Assembly: GCA_963851305.1 (NCBI GenBank)
Contig: CAWKOT010000011.1
Coordinates: forward strand, 329,716 to 393,715
Direction of reading: 5' to 3'
Source: Pirellulaceae bacterium
Lineage (GTDB): Bacteria > Planctomycetota > Planctomycetia > Pirellulales > Pirellulaceae
Length of the DNA stretch: 64,000 nucleotides
The position numbers and the translations under genes were made by a program. The notes under the pieces are model-generated. The model searched no databases and was not told the DNA's origin. It saw only the letters and a program-made list of their open reading frames with translations. Every line of letters begins with the position of its first letter. The first letter of the stretch is position 1. Below are positions 10,626-20,585 of the stretch, one piece after another.

Positions 10626-12500
10626 ATGCGTGATTTGATGGGCCTTGGCAGTCTGGTTCGGCTGGCCGTTTTTTTTGCGGCCATGCTGACAGCGGCCAAC
10701 GCGGAAGATGACGTGGACCTGACGGACGACCAACGGTCCATCGTCAATCGTTTTCAGCAGCGTCGAATCGACACCATCGATCGTGTCATCGACAGTGTGA
10801 TTTCCATCTACGGCGAGCAGCGACAGGGTGGCGGTTCGGGTGTGATTATCTCACCGTCCGGTATCGGTTTGACCAACCACCACGTCATCATGGGTGCGGG
10901 CACTAGCGGATGGGGAGGACTGTCGGACGGAAAATTGTATTCCTGGAAGTTGATCGGAACCGATCCCGGAGGCGATGTGGCGATCATCCAGATGGAAGGC
11001 CGTGACGATTTTCCCTATACGCCGCTGGCCGATTCCGATCGCGTTCAGGTCGGCGACTGGGCGCTGGCCATGGGCAATCCGTTCTTACTGACGGAAGACC
11101 AGGTGCCCACGGTGACTCTGGGTATCGTCAGCGGCGTCAATCGCTACCAGGCGGGTGCTGGCATGAACCAGCTGGTGTATGGCAACTGTATTCAAACCGA
11201 CAGCTCGATCAATCCAGGCAATTCCGGTGGACCACTGTTCAACATGGACGCCCAGGTAATCGGCATCAACGGTCGCGGCAGCTTCAAGGAAAGAGACCGC
11301 GTCAATGTGGGCTTGGGCTACGCCATTTCAGCGAACCAGATCAAGAATTTCATCCCCGAATTACTGGCCACGAAACTGGTGGAACATGGCACGCTGGATG
11401 CCAGTTTTGAGGATCGCGACGGCAAAGTCGTGTGTGCCAGCCTGTTCGAAGATTCGCGTCTGTATCAACAGGGCGTCCGCCCGGGAGACGAGTTACTGGA
11501 GTTTGAAGGCCAGGTCATCTCGGCGGCCAATCAATTCACGAATTTGATCTGTACGTTGCCGGAAAACTGGCCGGCGTCCCTGTTATTGCGAAAGAACGAT
11601 GGCAGGACGTTGTCCGTCAACACGCGGCTATACGGTCTGCCCTACCCTACGCCACGACCGCCCAAGATACCGGAAAACGAAAAGGACTGGACGCCGGAGC
11701 AGCAGGAGCAGATGAAACGGGCCATGGCCATGATCGATCTGTTGTCCGCTCCGCCAGGCGAAATCCGGCTGGAGGATGTCAATCGACAGTATTGCCAGTA
11801 CATCATGGACCAATGGTTAGGTGATCGACCGGAACAGGATCAGCCGACTGAGTCGGACCGTGTCCGCATCTGGGAGATCCGGGATCAAGTCTCGCGGGAC
11901 GGTACCGACGTTGGGACTCAACGCATCCAGCTGGCCAGCGATGGTTCCTTTGCAATGAACACAACCATTGACGGTCGCGAAACCAGGCTGTTTGGTGACG
12001 ACGGCGTTGTTCGGGAGGTCAGGCAAGACCAGGCCAAATCGCTTTCGCCGGTGGAAGTCAAACTGAATCCGCTGGTGGTGCAGGCGTTGGGATTGCTGGC
12101 CGCCAACGATCTGCGTCGGTTTGATACGCTGGGCGAAACTCTGCTGGACGGCAGTGACAAGGCGTTATCGATGAACGCTTTTCGGCTCAAGGCCGTCGAT
12201 GACAAAGAAGATCCCTTTTATTTCTGGTTGTCGATGCCACGCGGCGGCGTGCATGGTCTCCCACAGTTGCTGAAGGCGGCCGCCGACATGAACTGTGAAT
12301 CCGAATCTGGCGGAGTGGTTTTTCAGGATTGGAAAACGGATCAGGGGCTACGAGTTTCCCGGTTGCGAAAACACGTTGCCGGCCTGGATGAAGCGGCACA
12401 GTTGGCTTTCCAGACCGTGAACGCGACTCATCGTTGGGTGGAAAGAGAACAGCTGCGGCAGGAGCTGGGGTTTCCTGAAACCATCGACGAACGACCATGA
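10626..12500 (+). CDS. HtrA/DegP-family trypsin-like serine protease with PDZ domain (catalytic triad intact)
   Basis: Signal peptide. His motif GIGLTNHHVI, Asp motif GDVAIIQMEG, Ser motif NPGNSGGPLF. PDZ-like segment GVRPGDELLEFEGQVISAANQF. Confidence 0.8.
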   Translation: MRDLMGLGSLVRLAVFFAAMLTAANAEDDVDLTDDQRSIVNRFQQRRIDTIDRVIDSVISIYGEQRQGGGSGVIISPSGIGLTNHHVIMGAGTSGWGGLSDGKLYSWKLIGTDPGGDVAIIQMEGRDDFPYTPLADSDRVQVGDWALAMGNPFLLTEDQVPTVTLGIVSGVNRYQAGAGMNQLVYGNCIQTDSSINPGNSGGPLFNMDAQVIGINGRGSFKERDRVNVGLGYAISANQIKNFIPELLATKLVEHGTLDASFEDRDGKVVCASLFEDSRLYQQGVRPGDELLEFEGQVISAANQFTNLICTLPENWPASLLLRKNDGRTLSVNTRLYGLPYPTPRPPKIPENEKDWTPEQQEQMKRAMAMIDLLSAPPGEIRLEDVNRQYCQYIMDQWLGDRPEQDQPTESDRVRIWEIRDQVSRDGTDVGTQRIQLASDGSFAMNTTIDGRETRLFGDDGVVREVRQDQAKSLSPVEVKLNPLVVQALGLLAANDLRRFDTLGETLLDGSDKALSMNAFRLKAVDDKEDPFYFWLSMPRGGVHGLPQLLKAAADMNCESESGGVVFQDWKTDQGLRVSRLRKHVAGLDEAAQLAFQTVNATHRWVEREQLRQELGFPETIDERP

Positions 12501-13531
12501 ATCACCAAACGATCACCGTCGTCACTTTCCTCATGGCCTGGATCGCCGGGCTGGTCCTTCTGCCCATCAACGATGCGGCGGTATCTGATACCGATGAGAA
12601 ACGCAATTTCCTGTCCGTGGTTGTCGAGCGGGCGCAACCAAGAATGGTCAAGGTTTATGGGGCGGCGGCAGGTCGGGTCGAAGGTTACGCCACGGGGATT
12701 ATCGTCAGCAATGACGGACAAGTCCTGACAACGCAGGGGGTCTTTCTGGATGGCAGCCAGATCCGGGTCATTACATCCGATGGAATCTCGCATCAGGCCA
12801 GCATCCTGCGGCGCGATCGGCAGCATCAGTTGGCCCTGCTGCAGATCTCGGCCCCAACGCCAGACTATTTTGATATCCGGGAATCCGATGTGGGCCGCCA
12901 GGGTGACTGGGTGATCGCCATCTGCAATGCCTTCAAAGTGGCCGATAAACAGGAGCCGTTATCGGCGACGTTGGGTGTGATTTCTTTGCGCACCAGTATG
13001 GAAGCGAGATTGAATGCCCGTGATGTGGCCTACCAGGGTGACTTGGTCCTGATTGATCAGATCACCAGTAATCCTGGCGCGGCCGGGGGAGCCGTCTTGA
13101 CCACCGACGGTCAGTTGGTCGGAGTGATTGGCAAGATCATCAACAGCTCGGAAACCAATACACGACTCAATTATGCCATCCCGAATTCGATTCTGGCCGC
13201 CTTTCTGGCCGAACGTCTCGATCAGCCGGCTGGTGCCGAACCGGAGCCAAAGCGGGCGGTTCAACTGGGGATCCGGATTTTTTCCCACGGGGGTCGCAAC
13301 AGTCCTGCCTATATCGACCGCGTGCAGCGTGGCAGTCCGGCATTCAAGGCGCGACTGAAACCCGACGATCTGTTGATCTCCATCGCCGGCGAAAAGATCG
13401 GCAATGTGCGCGAGTATCAGGCCGCGTTGAAGAAGCTGAAACCCGATCAGGAGACGATCATTGTGGTCAAACGGGGGGCGGAACTGAAGCGGGTGACAAT
13501 CATACCGGTAGCCAAGGGGTCCGTGCCATGA
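12497..13531 (+). CDS. HtrA-like pseudoprotease with PDZ domain (all three triad positions substituted)
   Basis: Start overlaps the upstream stop (ATGA). The protease fold is recognisable, but the His motif reads VLTTQGVFL (H to Q), the Ser motif reads NPGAAGGAVL (S to A) and the Asp position reads QLALLQI. A PDZ domain is retained (GSPAFKARLKPDDLLISIAGEKI). Confidence 0.75.
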   Translation: MNHQTITVVTFLMAWIAGLVLLPINDAAVSDTDEKRNFLSVVVERAQPRMVKVYGAAAGRVEGYATGIIVSNDGQVLTTQGVFLDGSQIRVITSDGISHQASILRRDRQHQLALLQISAPTPDYFDIRESDVGRQGDWVIAICNAFKVADKQEPLSATLGVISLRTSMEARLNARDVAYQGDLVLIDQITSNPGAAGGAVLTTDGQLVGVIGKIINSSETNTRLNYAIPNSILAAFLAERLDQPAGAEPEPKRAVQLGIRIFSHGGRNSPAYIDRVQRGSPAFKARLKPDDLLISIAGEKIGNVREYQAALKKLKPDQETIIVVKRGAELKRVTIIPVAKGSVP

Positions 13532-14643
13532 AGCATCCAACGTTAGAAAACGGGTTGAGCCGCATGACGATCTGCCTGGCGGTGCTGGTGTCATGCGGCG
13601 GACTGTTCGGTGCCGCATTGGCGACCGGGCAGGTCGCATCACCCAGCGATGATCTGGAAACGATGGCGTTGACGGCGCGAGCGTTTCGGCTGGCGGCTGA
13701 GAAAGTCCGGCCATCGCTGGTGGCCATTGAATCCTTCGGCGGTGTCGGTACCGTGCAAGGACAGATTGGCGGCATTCGGAAACAGGGCGAAGGTAATACC
13801 ACCGGTATACTGATCTCCGATGAAGGCCATATCGTCACCAGTACCTTCAACTTTATCCAGTCTCCTCCCGTCATCACCGTGATCACCAGCGATGGCGTGA
13901 GACGGTATGCCACATTGCTGGGGCGGGATGACACGCGAAAAATCTGTCTCTTGAAAATTGACCCGTTCGAGGGCCTGCGGTTGCCGGAGATTGCCGATGT
14001 CGATGCCGTGGTAGTCGGTCAATGGGCGATCTCGGTGGGAGTGGGGTATGGAGATGCCAATCCGGCGGTTTCCACGGGCATCATCAGTGCCAGGAATCGA
14101 ATTGGAGGCCGAGCCATACAAACCGATGCCAACATCAGCCCGGCCAACTACGGAGGCCCATTGCTGGACGTCGATGGCAAGATCATCGGCGTGTGTGTAC
14201 CCATGCATCCTCAATCCCAGGCCATTGGGGCGGGGGTGGAATGGTACGATTCGGGAATCGGATTCGCGATTCCGTTATCATCGGCCAAGAAGCTGATCGA
14301 GAGACTGAAAACGGGCGACCACATCTACCCCGCTTTTCTCGGCGTCCAGGTCGAACCGAATGCTCAGGGGGACGGCGTACGAATCAAGGAAGTCGTTTCC
14401 GATTCAGCGGCGGACAAAGCGGGGCTGGTCGCGACCGATGTGATTACCAGAATCAATGATAGGCCTGTCAATGATCTGATGGAATTGAGAGGCGTCTTGA
14501 ACCGGTTCGAGGCTGGGGACGAGATCACTGTCCATTTTCAACCCGGAGCCGACGCCACCGTCAAGAAAGTGACGGTCACGCTGGACCGAACACCCACGCC
14601 CCGGGATCAAACTCCACAGCTGGAACCGCCCGCCATTCGGTAG
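13528..14643 (+). CDS. HtrA-like pseudoprotease with PDZ domain (triad substituted)
   Basis: Start overlaps the upstream stop. The His motif reads IVTSTFNF and the Ser motif reads SPANYGGPLL (S to Y). A PDZ domain is retained (VRIKEVVSDSAADKAGLVATDVITRIN). Confidence 0.75.
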   Translation: MKHPTLENGLSRMTICLAVLVSCGGLFGAALATGQVASPSDDLETMALTARAFRLAAEKVRPSLVAIESFGGVGTVQGQIGGIRKQGEGNTTGILISDEGHIVTSTFNFIQSPPVITVITSDGVRRYATLLGRDDTRKICLLKIDPFEGLRLPEIADVDAVVVGQWAISVGVGYGDANPAVSTGIISARNRIGGRAIQTDANISPANYGGPLLDVDGKIIGVCVPMHPQSQAIGAGVEWYDSGIGFAIPLSSAKKLIERLKTGDHIYPAFLGVQVEPNAQGDGVRIKEVVSDSAADKAGLVATDVITRINDRPVNDLMELRGVLNRFEAGDEITVHFQPGADATVKKVTVTLDRTPTPRDQTPQLEPPAIR

Positions 14644-14746
14644 GTTGGCCCGGCCCGGGCTTGCAATAAACCAGCTCGCCCCTTGAGCCAAGTCCATTCG
14701 TTTCGAAGGCGCGGGATTGAAAGTAATTGCGGCATCCGTGCCTGGC

Positions 14747-15892
14747 TCAATTCCAACTCAAGCCTTCCGGCAATTCGTTCAGGGACTCGCAGCCATCGGC
14801 GCGTACAATCACCATGTCCTCGATGCGAATGCCGCCGACGGCTTTGGAGTAGAGTCCTGGTTCGATGGTGACCGCATCCCCTGCTACCAGTTCCGGGCCT
14901 TTGAAATCCAACAGCGGGGGTTCATGCACATCCAGGCCGACGCCGTGGCCAGTACCATGGACCATTCCACAGTAGTCGTCCGGCGCTGATTCGGCCGGTA
15001 GTCCGATTTGGAAACCAGGTTCCCTGATTTTTGCAATCACGGCCTGATGCACGGCTTCTCCCGTAACTCCGGCCCGTGTGGCCTGAATACCGCTGCGTTT
15101 GGCTTCAGCGACCGCCGTATGCATGCGGTTCACAACGTCGGAAATCGTACCGTGGACAACGGTACGTGTGCAGTCGCCATTGTAACCGGTGGATCGGTCC
15201 TTCGGAAAAATATCGACGATGACCGGTTCACCTGTTCTCAATGGTCCGCTGCCAATGTCGTGACAGTCTGCCCCTTGCGGACCGCCGGCAATGATTGCGG
15301 GACGAGGTTCAAATCCCTGGTTCAGCAGAAAGATATCCACCGCCGTTCGAACCCGTTCACTGGTCAGTGGCTGTCCATCATGCAGCAGACATCCATCGTC
15401 ATTCACCCGAGCCTGAGCAATCATTTCACAGGCCAGGCGGACGGCGTCTTCGGTCACGGACTGCGCTTTCCGTAGAAAGGCAACTTCCTCTGCGTCCTTG
15501 GCTCGCCGCTGGACAACGCCCATCTCAATATCGCAGGCGACTTCGATGCCCCGCTGACGAATCATTTCCGCAAAGATCAGGGGCAGCGTTCGGTCGGCGA
15601 CAACCGAGCGGACGCCCTGCCGCTCCAGGAACTCGGCCGCCGATTGTGCGGTCGCCGTTTCCCGATCTCCGGACAAGCCCTGTTCAGGTTCAAAATTTGC
15701 GGGACAGGCGATGTCGTCGGCACGGGCATGTTGTCGGGCCCGATGCATTTCGATGTCGCGCAGGATCAGCGTGGAACGATCGCCAACACGAATCAACGCG
15801 ACTGGATCGCCCACATTGAATCGAATGGCGTGGAATAACGCTGCGTTGGTTGCCGGGACCCCGGCCATAATCGTTGCAGAATTGGCAGGCAT
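14747..15892 (-). CDS. M24-family peptidase (Xaa-Pro aminopeptidase / creatinase-like)
   Basis: Creatinase-type N-terminal domain plus a C-terminal pita-bread fold with the HGTGHGVGLDVHEPP metal-binding motif. Start placed at the internal Met (MPANSATIMAG). Confidence 0.8.
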   Translation of the reverse strand: MPANSATIMAGVPATNAALFHAIRFNVGDPVALIRVGDRSTLILRDIEMHRARQHARADDIACPANFEPEQGLSGDRETATAQSAAEFLERQGVRSVVADRTLPLIFAEMIRQRGIEVACDIEMGVVQRRAKDAEEVAFLRKAQSVTEDAVRLACEMIAQARVNDDGCLLHDGQPLTSERVRTAVDIFLLNQGFEPRPAIIAGGPQGADCHDIGSGPLRTGEPVIVDIFPKDRSTGYNGDCTRTVVHGTISDVVNRMHTAVAEAKRSGIQATRAGVTGEAVHQAVIAKIREPGFQIGLPAESAPDDYCGMVHGTGHGVGLDVHEPPLLDFKGPELVAGDAVTIEPGLYSKAVGGIRIEDMVIVRADGCESLNELPEGLSWN

Positions 15893-16003
15893 ATCAGATA
15901 AGGCCGTTAGGAACTCAGATTGCAATAATATGACGGTATAACGGAAAATTATCATTGCAATCATCCCGAATTGCAACGAGTGACACGTTGCTCACAGGAT
16001 CGT

Positions 16004-17302
16004 TCAGGCGTCTTGCCGGCAATGCTGGAAACGCCGTTCCACGGACCGGGCATGTGCTGCCAGGCCTTCCAGTCGCCCCATCGCCTCGGCATCAGTCGCC
16101 AGGCCAGCTGCCGCGACAGGATCATCGATCTGGAGTTGCGTCTGCATTCTCAAGAAAGTGGCTACCGAAAGCGGGCTGTTGGCGCAGGCCGCGCCTCCGG
16201 TCGGCAACACGTGATTCGGCCCTGCTCCGTAATCTCCCAGGACCTCCGCCGCGTAAGAACCGACAAACAACGCCGCGCCCATGTCGAACGTCTCAGCGAC
16301 AGCTTCAAATTCAGCCCCTTGCAACGAGAGATGTTCCGGAGCGATTCGCCGACAACATTCGACCGCCTGTTCCAGGCCGTCCACCACGACGTATCCACCC
16401 GATTGCAAGGCCGTCCGGGCAACTTCTGCGGTGGGCAGGTCGGACAGCTGTTTCTCCAGTTCCGCAGTCACCGCGTCAACCAGTGCTGACGAATTCGTGA
16501 TCAGGATCGGGCGGGCGTCGACATCATGTTCGGCTTGAGCCAACAGGTCCGCGGCGACAAAACCCGCGTCGGCGTCGGCGGAAGCCACGACCACCAATTC
16601 TGACGGTCCCGCCAGCATATCGATTCGCGTCGATCGCGCGACGAGCGCCTTGGCTGCGGTGACAAACCGATTTCCTGGTCCCACAATCACGTCACATTTT
16701 GGCAGTCCGCTGTCCAGACCGGTGCTCATCGCGGCGATCGCCTGAGCGCCGCCCACCGAAATCAACCCGTCGGCGTCTGCGATGGCCGCCGCGGCCAGCG
16801 TCACCGCATCAGGTCGTGGTGAGGCGACCCAGACTTCCCTTACCCCCGCCACTCGAGCCGTCACGGCCGTCATCAGCACCGATGACGGCAACGGATAGCG
16901 ACCACCAGGTGCGTAACATCCGGCCGCCCGCAACGGAATCCAGCGATGGCCGACCGAACCACCCGGAATGTCGACGGAGCAATCGGTAAGTGTTGCCAAT
17001 TGGATTTCGGCAAAACGTCGAATGCGATCGGCAGTCCGCTGCAGCAGCGAACGGATGTCGACATCGACCGTTTGCAGCGCGTTCAACAAATCTGGGCGAT
17101 GTTGTACAAGCGTCGCGTCCTCGGACAGACCGTCAAACTTCGCCGCATACCGACGCACAGCGGCTTCGCCTTCGGCCTGCACATCAGCAACGATCTGGCC
17201 AGCGACGTGATACGTTTCGTCATCGATCGACGAGGTGATCTGGTGAAGTTCATCCGGTGGCAGCTGACGAAATGGAAACATCTTTCGGGATCCTGGGTTC
17301 AA
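16004..17302 (-). CDS. hisD: histidinol dehydrogenase
   Basis: 432-aa ORF. Motifs IPGGSVGHRWIPLRAAGCYAPGGRYPLPSSVLMTAVTARVAGV and AGPNHVLPTGG are characteristic of HisD. Last gene of the his operon. Confidence 0.9.
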   Translation of the reverse strand: MNPGSRKMFPFRQLPPDELHQITSSIDDETYHVAGQIVADVQAEGEAAVRRYAAKFDGLSEDATLVQHRPDLLNALQTVDVDIRSLLQRTADRIRRFAEIQLATLTDCSVDIPGGSVGHRWIPLRAAGCYAPGGRYPLPSSVLMTAVTARVAGVREVWVASPRPDAVTLAAAAIADADGLISVGGAQAIAAMSTGLDSGLPKCDVIVGPGNRFVTAAKALVARSTRIDMLAGPSELVVVASADADAGFVAADLLAQAEHDVDARPILITNSSALVDAVTAELEKQLSDLPTAEVARTALQSGGYVVVDGLEQAVECCRRIAPEHLSLQGAEFEAVAETFDMGAALFVGSYAAEVLGDYGAGPNHVLPTGGAACANSPLSVATFLRMQTQLQIDDPVAAAGLATDAEAMGRLEGLAAHARSVERRFQHCRQDA

Positions 17303-18579
17303 ACGGTATCTCTGCGTGTGACCTTGTCTGCACGTCGGTCGAGTTCGTGTTCGATTTCCGAGAGAGGGATCTGTTCTTTGGCCAAACGAGCCATCGTAAA
17401 GAAGATCACATCGGCGGCTTCGTGAATCACATCCTGCCGGGCAACGGCCTCGTTCAACTCTCTGGCTTCCTCGGCTATTTTTTCAGCCAACAACGCGGGC
17501 GATTGAAACAGGCGATGGGTATACGAAGATTCAGGGGCCGTCCGCATCCGGTCGGCCAGCGTCGTCTCCAACCGCTGAATGCCCTTCAAATCACCGAAAC
17601 AGGTCGGTCGCGACAGATGACAGAATCCGTGTCCCTGCTGGTTCACCGCAAACATCAACGTATCGCGATCGCAGTCACAATGGATCGACAACATTTCTTG
17701 AGTGGCACCCGATGTTTCCCCCTTTCGCCACAGACCCCGTTTCCGCGAAAAGTAGTGCGCGGTTCCGGTATCCAGACTTCTCTGCACGCTTTCCAGGTTG
17801 GAATAGGTCAAGCCCAACGTCTGGCCGGAGGCATTGCAAACCACGGTCGGCCAGAGGCCGTCGGTTCGATCCGAAACCAGCGGTGCACAAAAACACTCCG
17901 CCAAAGTCAACTGCTCCGTGTACAAAGCCATGCCGACCTGGGCATCGATACCAAGTCGATCCAGGGCTGCGATCTCATCGACAGTGGCAACTCCGCCGGC
18001 GATCGTCAGTTGGGCATCTCCGGCGGCGTCCAGATATCGCTTGATCTGTTCAAGATCGATGCCCGCCATTCTGCCTTCCCTTTCAACGAAAGTGATCAGG
18101 AAGCCACCCACGAGATCGCGAAGCACTTCGATCCGCTCCAGCACCGTCGCGCCCGTTTCACGTGTCCAGCCTTGATCGACAACTTGACCGGTCGATCGGG
18201 TTGGATCTTCGGCCGTTCCGGTATGGACTGCGTCGAGTGCGGCGATCAGTCTGTTCCGAGGTAACTGGCTGAGAATCTCAGGTGTGGCGGCGGTGCCCAG
18301 GATCACCTTTTTTGCGCCGGCATCTAACCAGGAGATGGCGGTCTGCGCATCGCGAATGCCACCGCCGACTCGGCAGGGTGCCAAGGCCAACAGCTCGCGA
18401 ATGCGCTCCGTGTTATGGCCCTGTCCTCGGGCCGCATCCAGATCGATCACCGCGATCTCGCCGACTCGGCCGAATTTCTCGGCCAACGGTGCCGGATGGC
18501 CTGCGTTGAGCGCCTGTTCGCGACCGCCAATCAATTGTACGGCATCGCCTGATGCCAGATCTATCGAGGGGATTATCAT
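17299..18579 (-). CDS. hisA/hisIE: trifunctional HisA-HisI-HisE fusion (ProFAR isomerase + PR-AMP cyclohydrolase + PR-ATP pyrophosphatase)
   Basis: The N-terminal 235 aa, starting MIIPSIDLASGDAVQLIGG, is a HisA (beta/alpha)8 barrel. The middle region GETSGATQEMLSIHCDCDRDTLMFAVNQQGHGFCH is HisI. The C-terminal region YTHRLFQSPALLAEKIAEEARELNEAV...EAADVIFFTMARL is HisE. Confidence 0.85.
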   Translation of the reverse strand: MIIPSIDLASGDAVQLIGGREQALNAGHPAPLAEKFGRVGEIAVIDLDAARGQGHNTERIRELLALAPCRVGGGIRDAQTAISWLDAGAKKVILGTAATPEILSQLPRNRLIAALDAVHTGTAEDPTRSTGQVVDQGWTRETGATVLERIEVLRDLVGGFLITFVEREGRMAGIDLEQIKRYLDAAGDAQLTIAGGVATVDEIAALDRLGIDAQVGMALYTEQLTLAECFCAPLVSDRTDGLWPTVVCNASGQTLGLTYSNLESVQRSLDTGTAHYFSRKRGLWRKGETSGATQEMLSIHCDCDRDTLMFAVNQQGHGFCHLSRPTCFGDLKGIQRLETTLADRMRTAPESSYTHRLFQSPALLAEKIAEEARELNEAVARQDVIHEAADVIFFTMARLAKEQIPLSEIEHELDRRADKVTRRDTV

Positions 18580-19328
18580 ATTCGGATCGCCTCTCCCATG
18601 GCTGCCAGTTCTCTTTTCAATTGACCGACCGTGGTCACGCCATCATGCAGAATCGAAGCCAGCAACACGGCGGCTGCGCCGGCCTGCAAACCAAGATGAA
18701 GGTGGTGTGCCGAATCGGCCCCTCCGGAAGCAATCACTGGAATCGCCAGCCGCTGCGTGACGGCGGCCAGCAATTCACAATCGTAGCCACGGCGAGTACC
18801 GTCCTGATCGAAGCTGGTCAGCAGGATTTCCCCGGCCCCGGCCGATTCGACGCGGGTCGCCCACTCGATGACATCCACACCAGTCATTTCTTTTCCGGCG
18901 TGCGTCAGAACATGCCAGCCATCTTCCGCTCGCCGGGCATCGATCGCCACAACGGTACACTGGCGACCGAAACGGTCGGCCATGGCCGTAATCAACTCCG
19001 GTTGCTGAAAAGCCGCGGTGTTGACGCTGACGCGGTCCGCGCCGGCATCGGTCAAACGTTGGACATCATCCATCGTCCTGACGCCGCCGCCAACGGTCAG
19101 CGGAATGGATAGCGATTGGCGAACGTCCTGTACCGTTTGCAATTGGGTCCGTCGGCGGTGATTGGTGGCGGAGATGTCCAGAACCACCAGTTCGTCCGCG
19201 CCCTGAGACTCATAGGCCGCCGCCAATTCGGCTGGGCTGCCGACATCTCTCAGTCCGGCAAACTTGACTCCCTTCACCACCCGATTGTCACTGACATCCA
19301 GGCAGGGGATGATCCGCGAGGTCAACAT
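18576..19328 (-). CDS. hisF: imidazole glycerol phosphate synthase cyclase subunit
   Basis: N-terminus RIIPCLDVSDNRVVKGVKF is a HisF hallmark. 250 aa. Overlaps neighbours by 4 nt. Confidence 0.9.
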   Translation of the reverse strand: MLTSRIIPCLDVSDNRVVKGVKFAGLRDVGSPAELAAAYESQGADELVVLDISATNHRRRTQLQTVQDVRQSLSIPLTVGGGVRTMDDVQRLTDAGADRVSVNTAAFQQPELITAMADRFGRQCTVVAIDARRAEDGWHVLTHAGKEMTGVDVIEWATRVESAGAGEILLTSFDQDGTRRGYDCELLAAVTQRLAIPVIASGGADSAHHLHLGLQAGAAAVLLASILHDGVTTVGQLKRELAAMGEAIRI

Positions 19329-19981
19329 AGTGAACTCTCCTGGTTGTCCGTCCGTATTCCCTGGCTATCTGGCTTCCTGCCCAACCAGCGGGCCAGTAGT
19401 TCCTGCCCTGCGCTGCCAGATAATTCGGGATGGAACTGGCAACCCACGAATCGCCCTTTCCGAACGGCCGCAACCAACGTGAGACCGTGTTCTGATGTGG
19501 CCACCTGCCAACCGCTGGCCGTCAGACGATCGACTTCGCTCAGGCAGTACGAATTTGCATAAAAGACATAACCCGGTTCAAAGAAACCCGTTGGACACTG
19601 CATCCAATTCCATCCGAATTGAGGTACCGAAACGTTACTGGGCAAACGTTCGACATGGACCGGTAACAGACCCAATCCGGCAATCCCCGGGCTTTCCTGA
19701 CTGTCAAGGCAAAGCAGCTGTAATCCAAGACAGATGGCCAGCGTCGGCAGATCGGATTCCAGTCTCGTCCTCAGGACCGATTCCCAGTTCTGTTCGCGAA
19801 GGGCGGCCATTCCTGCCTGGAACGCCCCGACACCGGGAAGGACCAGCGGATCATCCGGTTGCAATTCCGACGGAGCTTTCACGATATAGGATTGGATACC
19901 CAAACGATGGAAGGCGGCCCGCACGGAGGCCAAATTGGCCGTGCCGGTGCGAATGATGGCGACCTGTCGTGGCGAATTCAT
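19322..19981 (-). CDS. hisH: imidazole glycerol phosphate synthase glutamine amidotransferase subunit
   Basis: MNSPRQVAIIRTGTANLASV..LVLPGVGAF..; class-I GATase fold. Start trimmed to the internal Met at 19981, directly after hisB. Confidence 0.9.
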   Translation of the reverse strand: MNSPRQVAIIRTGTANLASVRAAFHRLGIQSYIVKAPSELQPDDPLVLPGVGAFQAGMAALREQNWESVLRTRLESDLPTLAICLGLQLLCLDSQESPGIAGLGLLPVHVERLPSNVSVPQFGWNWMQCPTGFFEPGYVFYANSYCLSEVDRLTASGWQVATSEHGLTLVAAVRKGRFVGCQFHPELSGSAGQELLARWLGRKPDSQGIRTDNQESSLC

Positions 19982-19983
19982 GA

Positions 19984-20585
19984 TTACAGTGAACCTTTGG
20001 TGCTGGGAATGGAGCCTTCGGCGTCGGCCAGCGGTACCGACTGCGAACAAGCGGTACGCATGGCAATCCCGCACGACTTGAATGCGGCCTCGGCACGGTG
20101 ATGATCGTTCGCTCCCCGCAGGACATCCAGATGCAAAGTCAAACGACCGGCCATCGCCAGTGACTGAAAGAAATGAGTCAGATTTTCACAGGCGACGTTA
20201 CCCAGCAACTCCCGTTGCAAACCCAGTTCAACCACCGGGAACGGTCGACCGGAAAGATCGATCACGCAACGCGCCAGGGCTTCATCCAGCGGTGCGTAAG
20301 CGTGTCCAAACCTGCGAATGCCCTGCTTGTTGCCGATGCCCGACCGAGCGCTTCCCCAATGACCAGGCCGCAGTCTTCGACCGTGTGGTGATCGTCGACG
20401 TGCAAGTCTCCATTGGCCTGGAGTGTCAGATCCCAATTGGCGTGAAAGGCCAGGGCCGTCAACATGTGATCGAAGAACCCCAGTCCGGTCGAAACATCAA
20501 TCCGCCGATTTCCTTCCAGATCGATCTCCATTTCGATTTGGGTTTCTCGCGTTTGTCGTTGCAAGCGGCAGCTACGTTCACTCAT
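19984..20585 (-). pseudogene. hisB: imidazoleglycerol-phosphate dehydratase, monofunctional, split by a 1-nt frameshift near 20340
   Basis: N-terminal half (ORF 20262..20585: GLGFFDHMLTALAFHANWDLTLQANGDLHVDDHHTVEDCGLVIGEAL) and C-terminal half (ORF 19984..20436: IGNKQGIRRFGHAYAPLDEALARCVIDLSGRPF...) are in different frames. Junction at CTCGGTCGGGCATCGGC. Confidence 0.8.
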
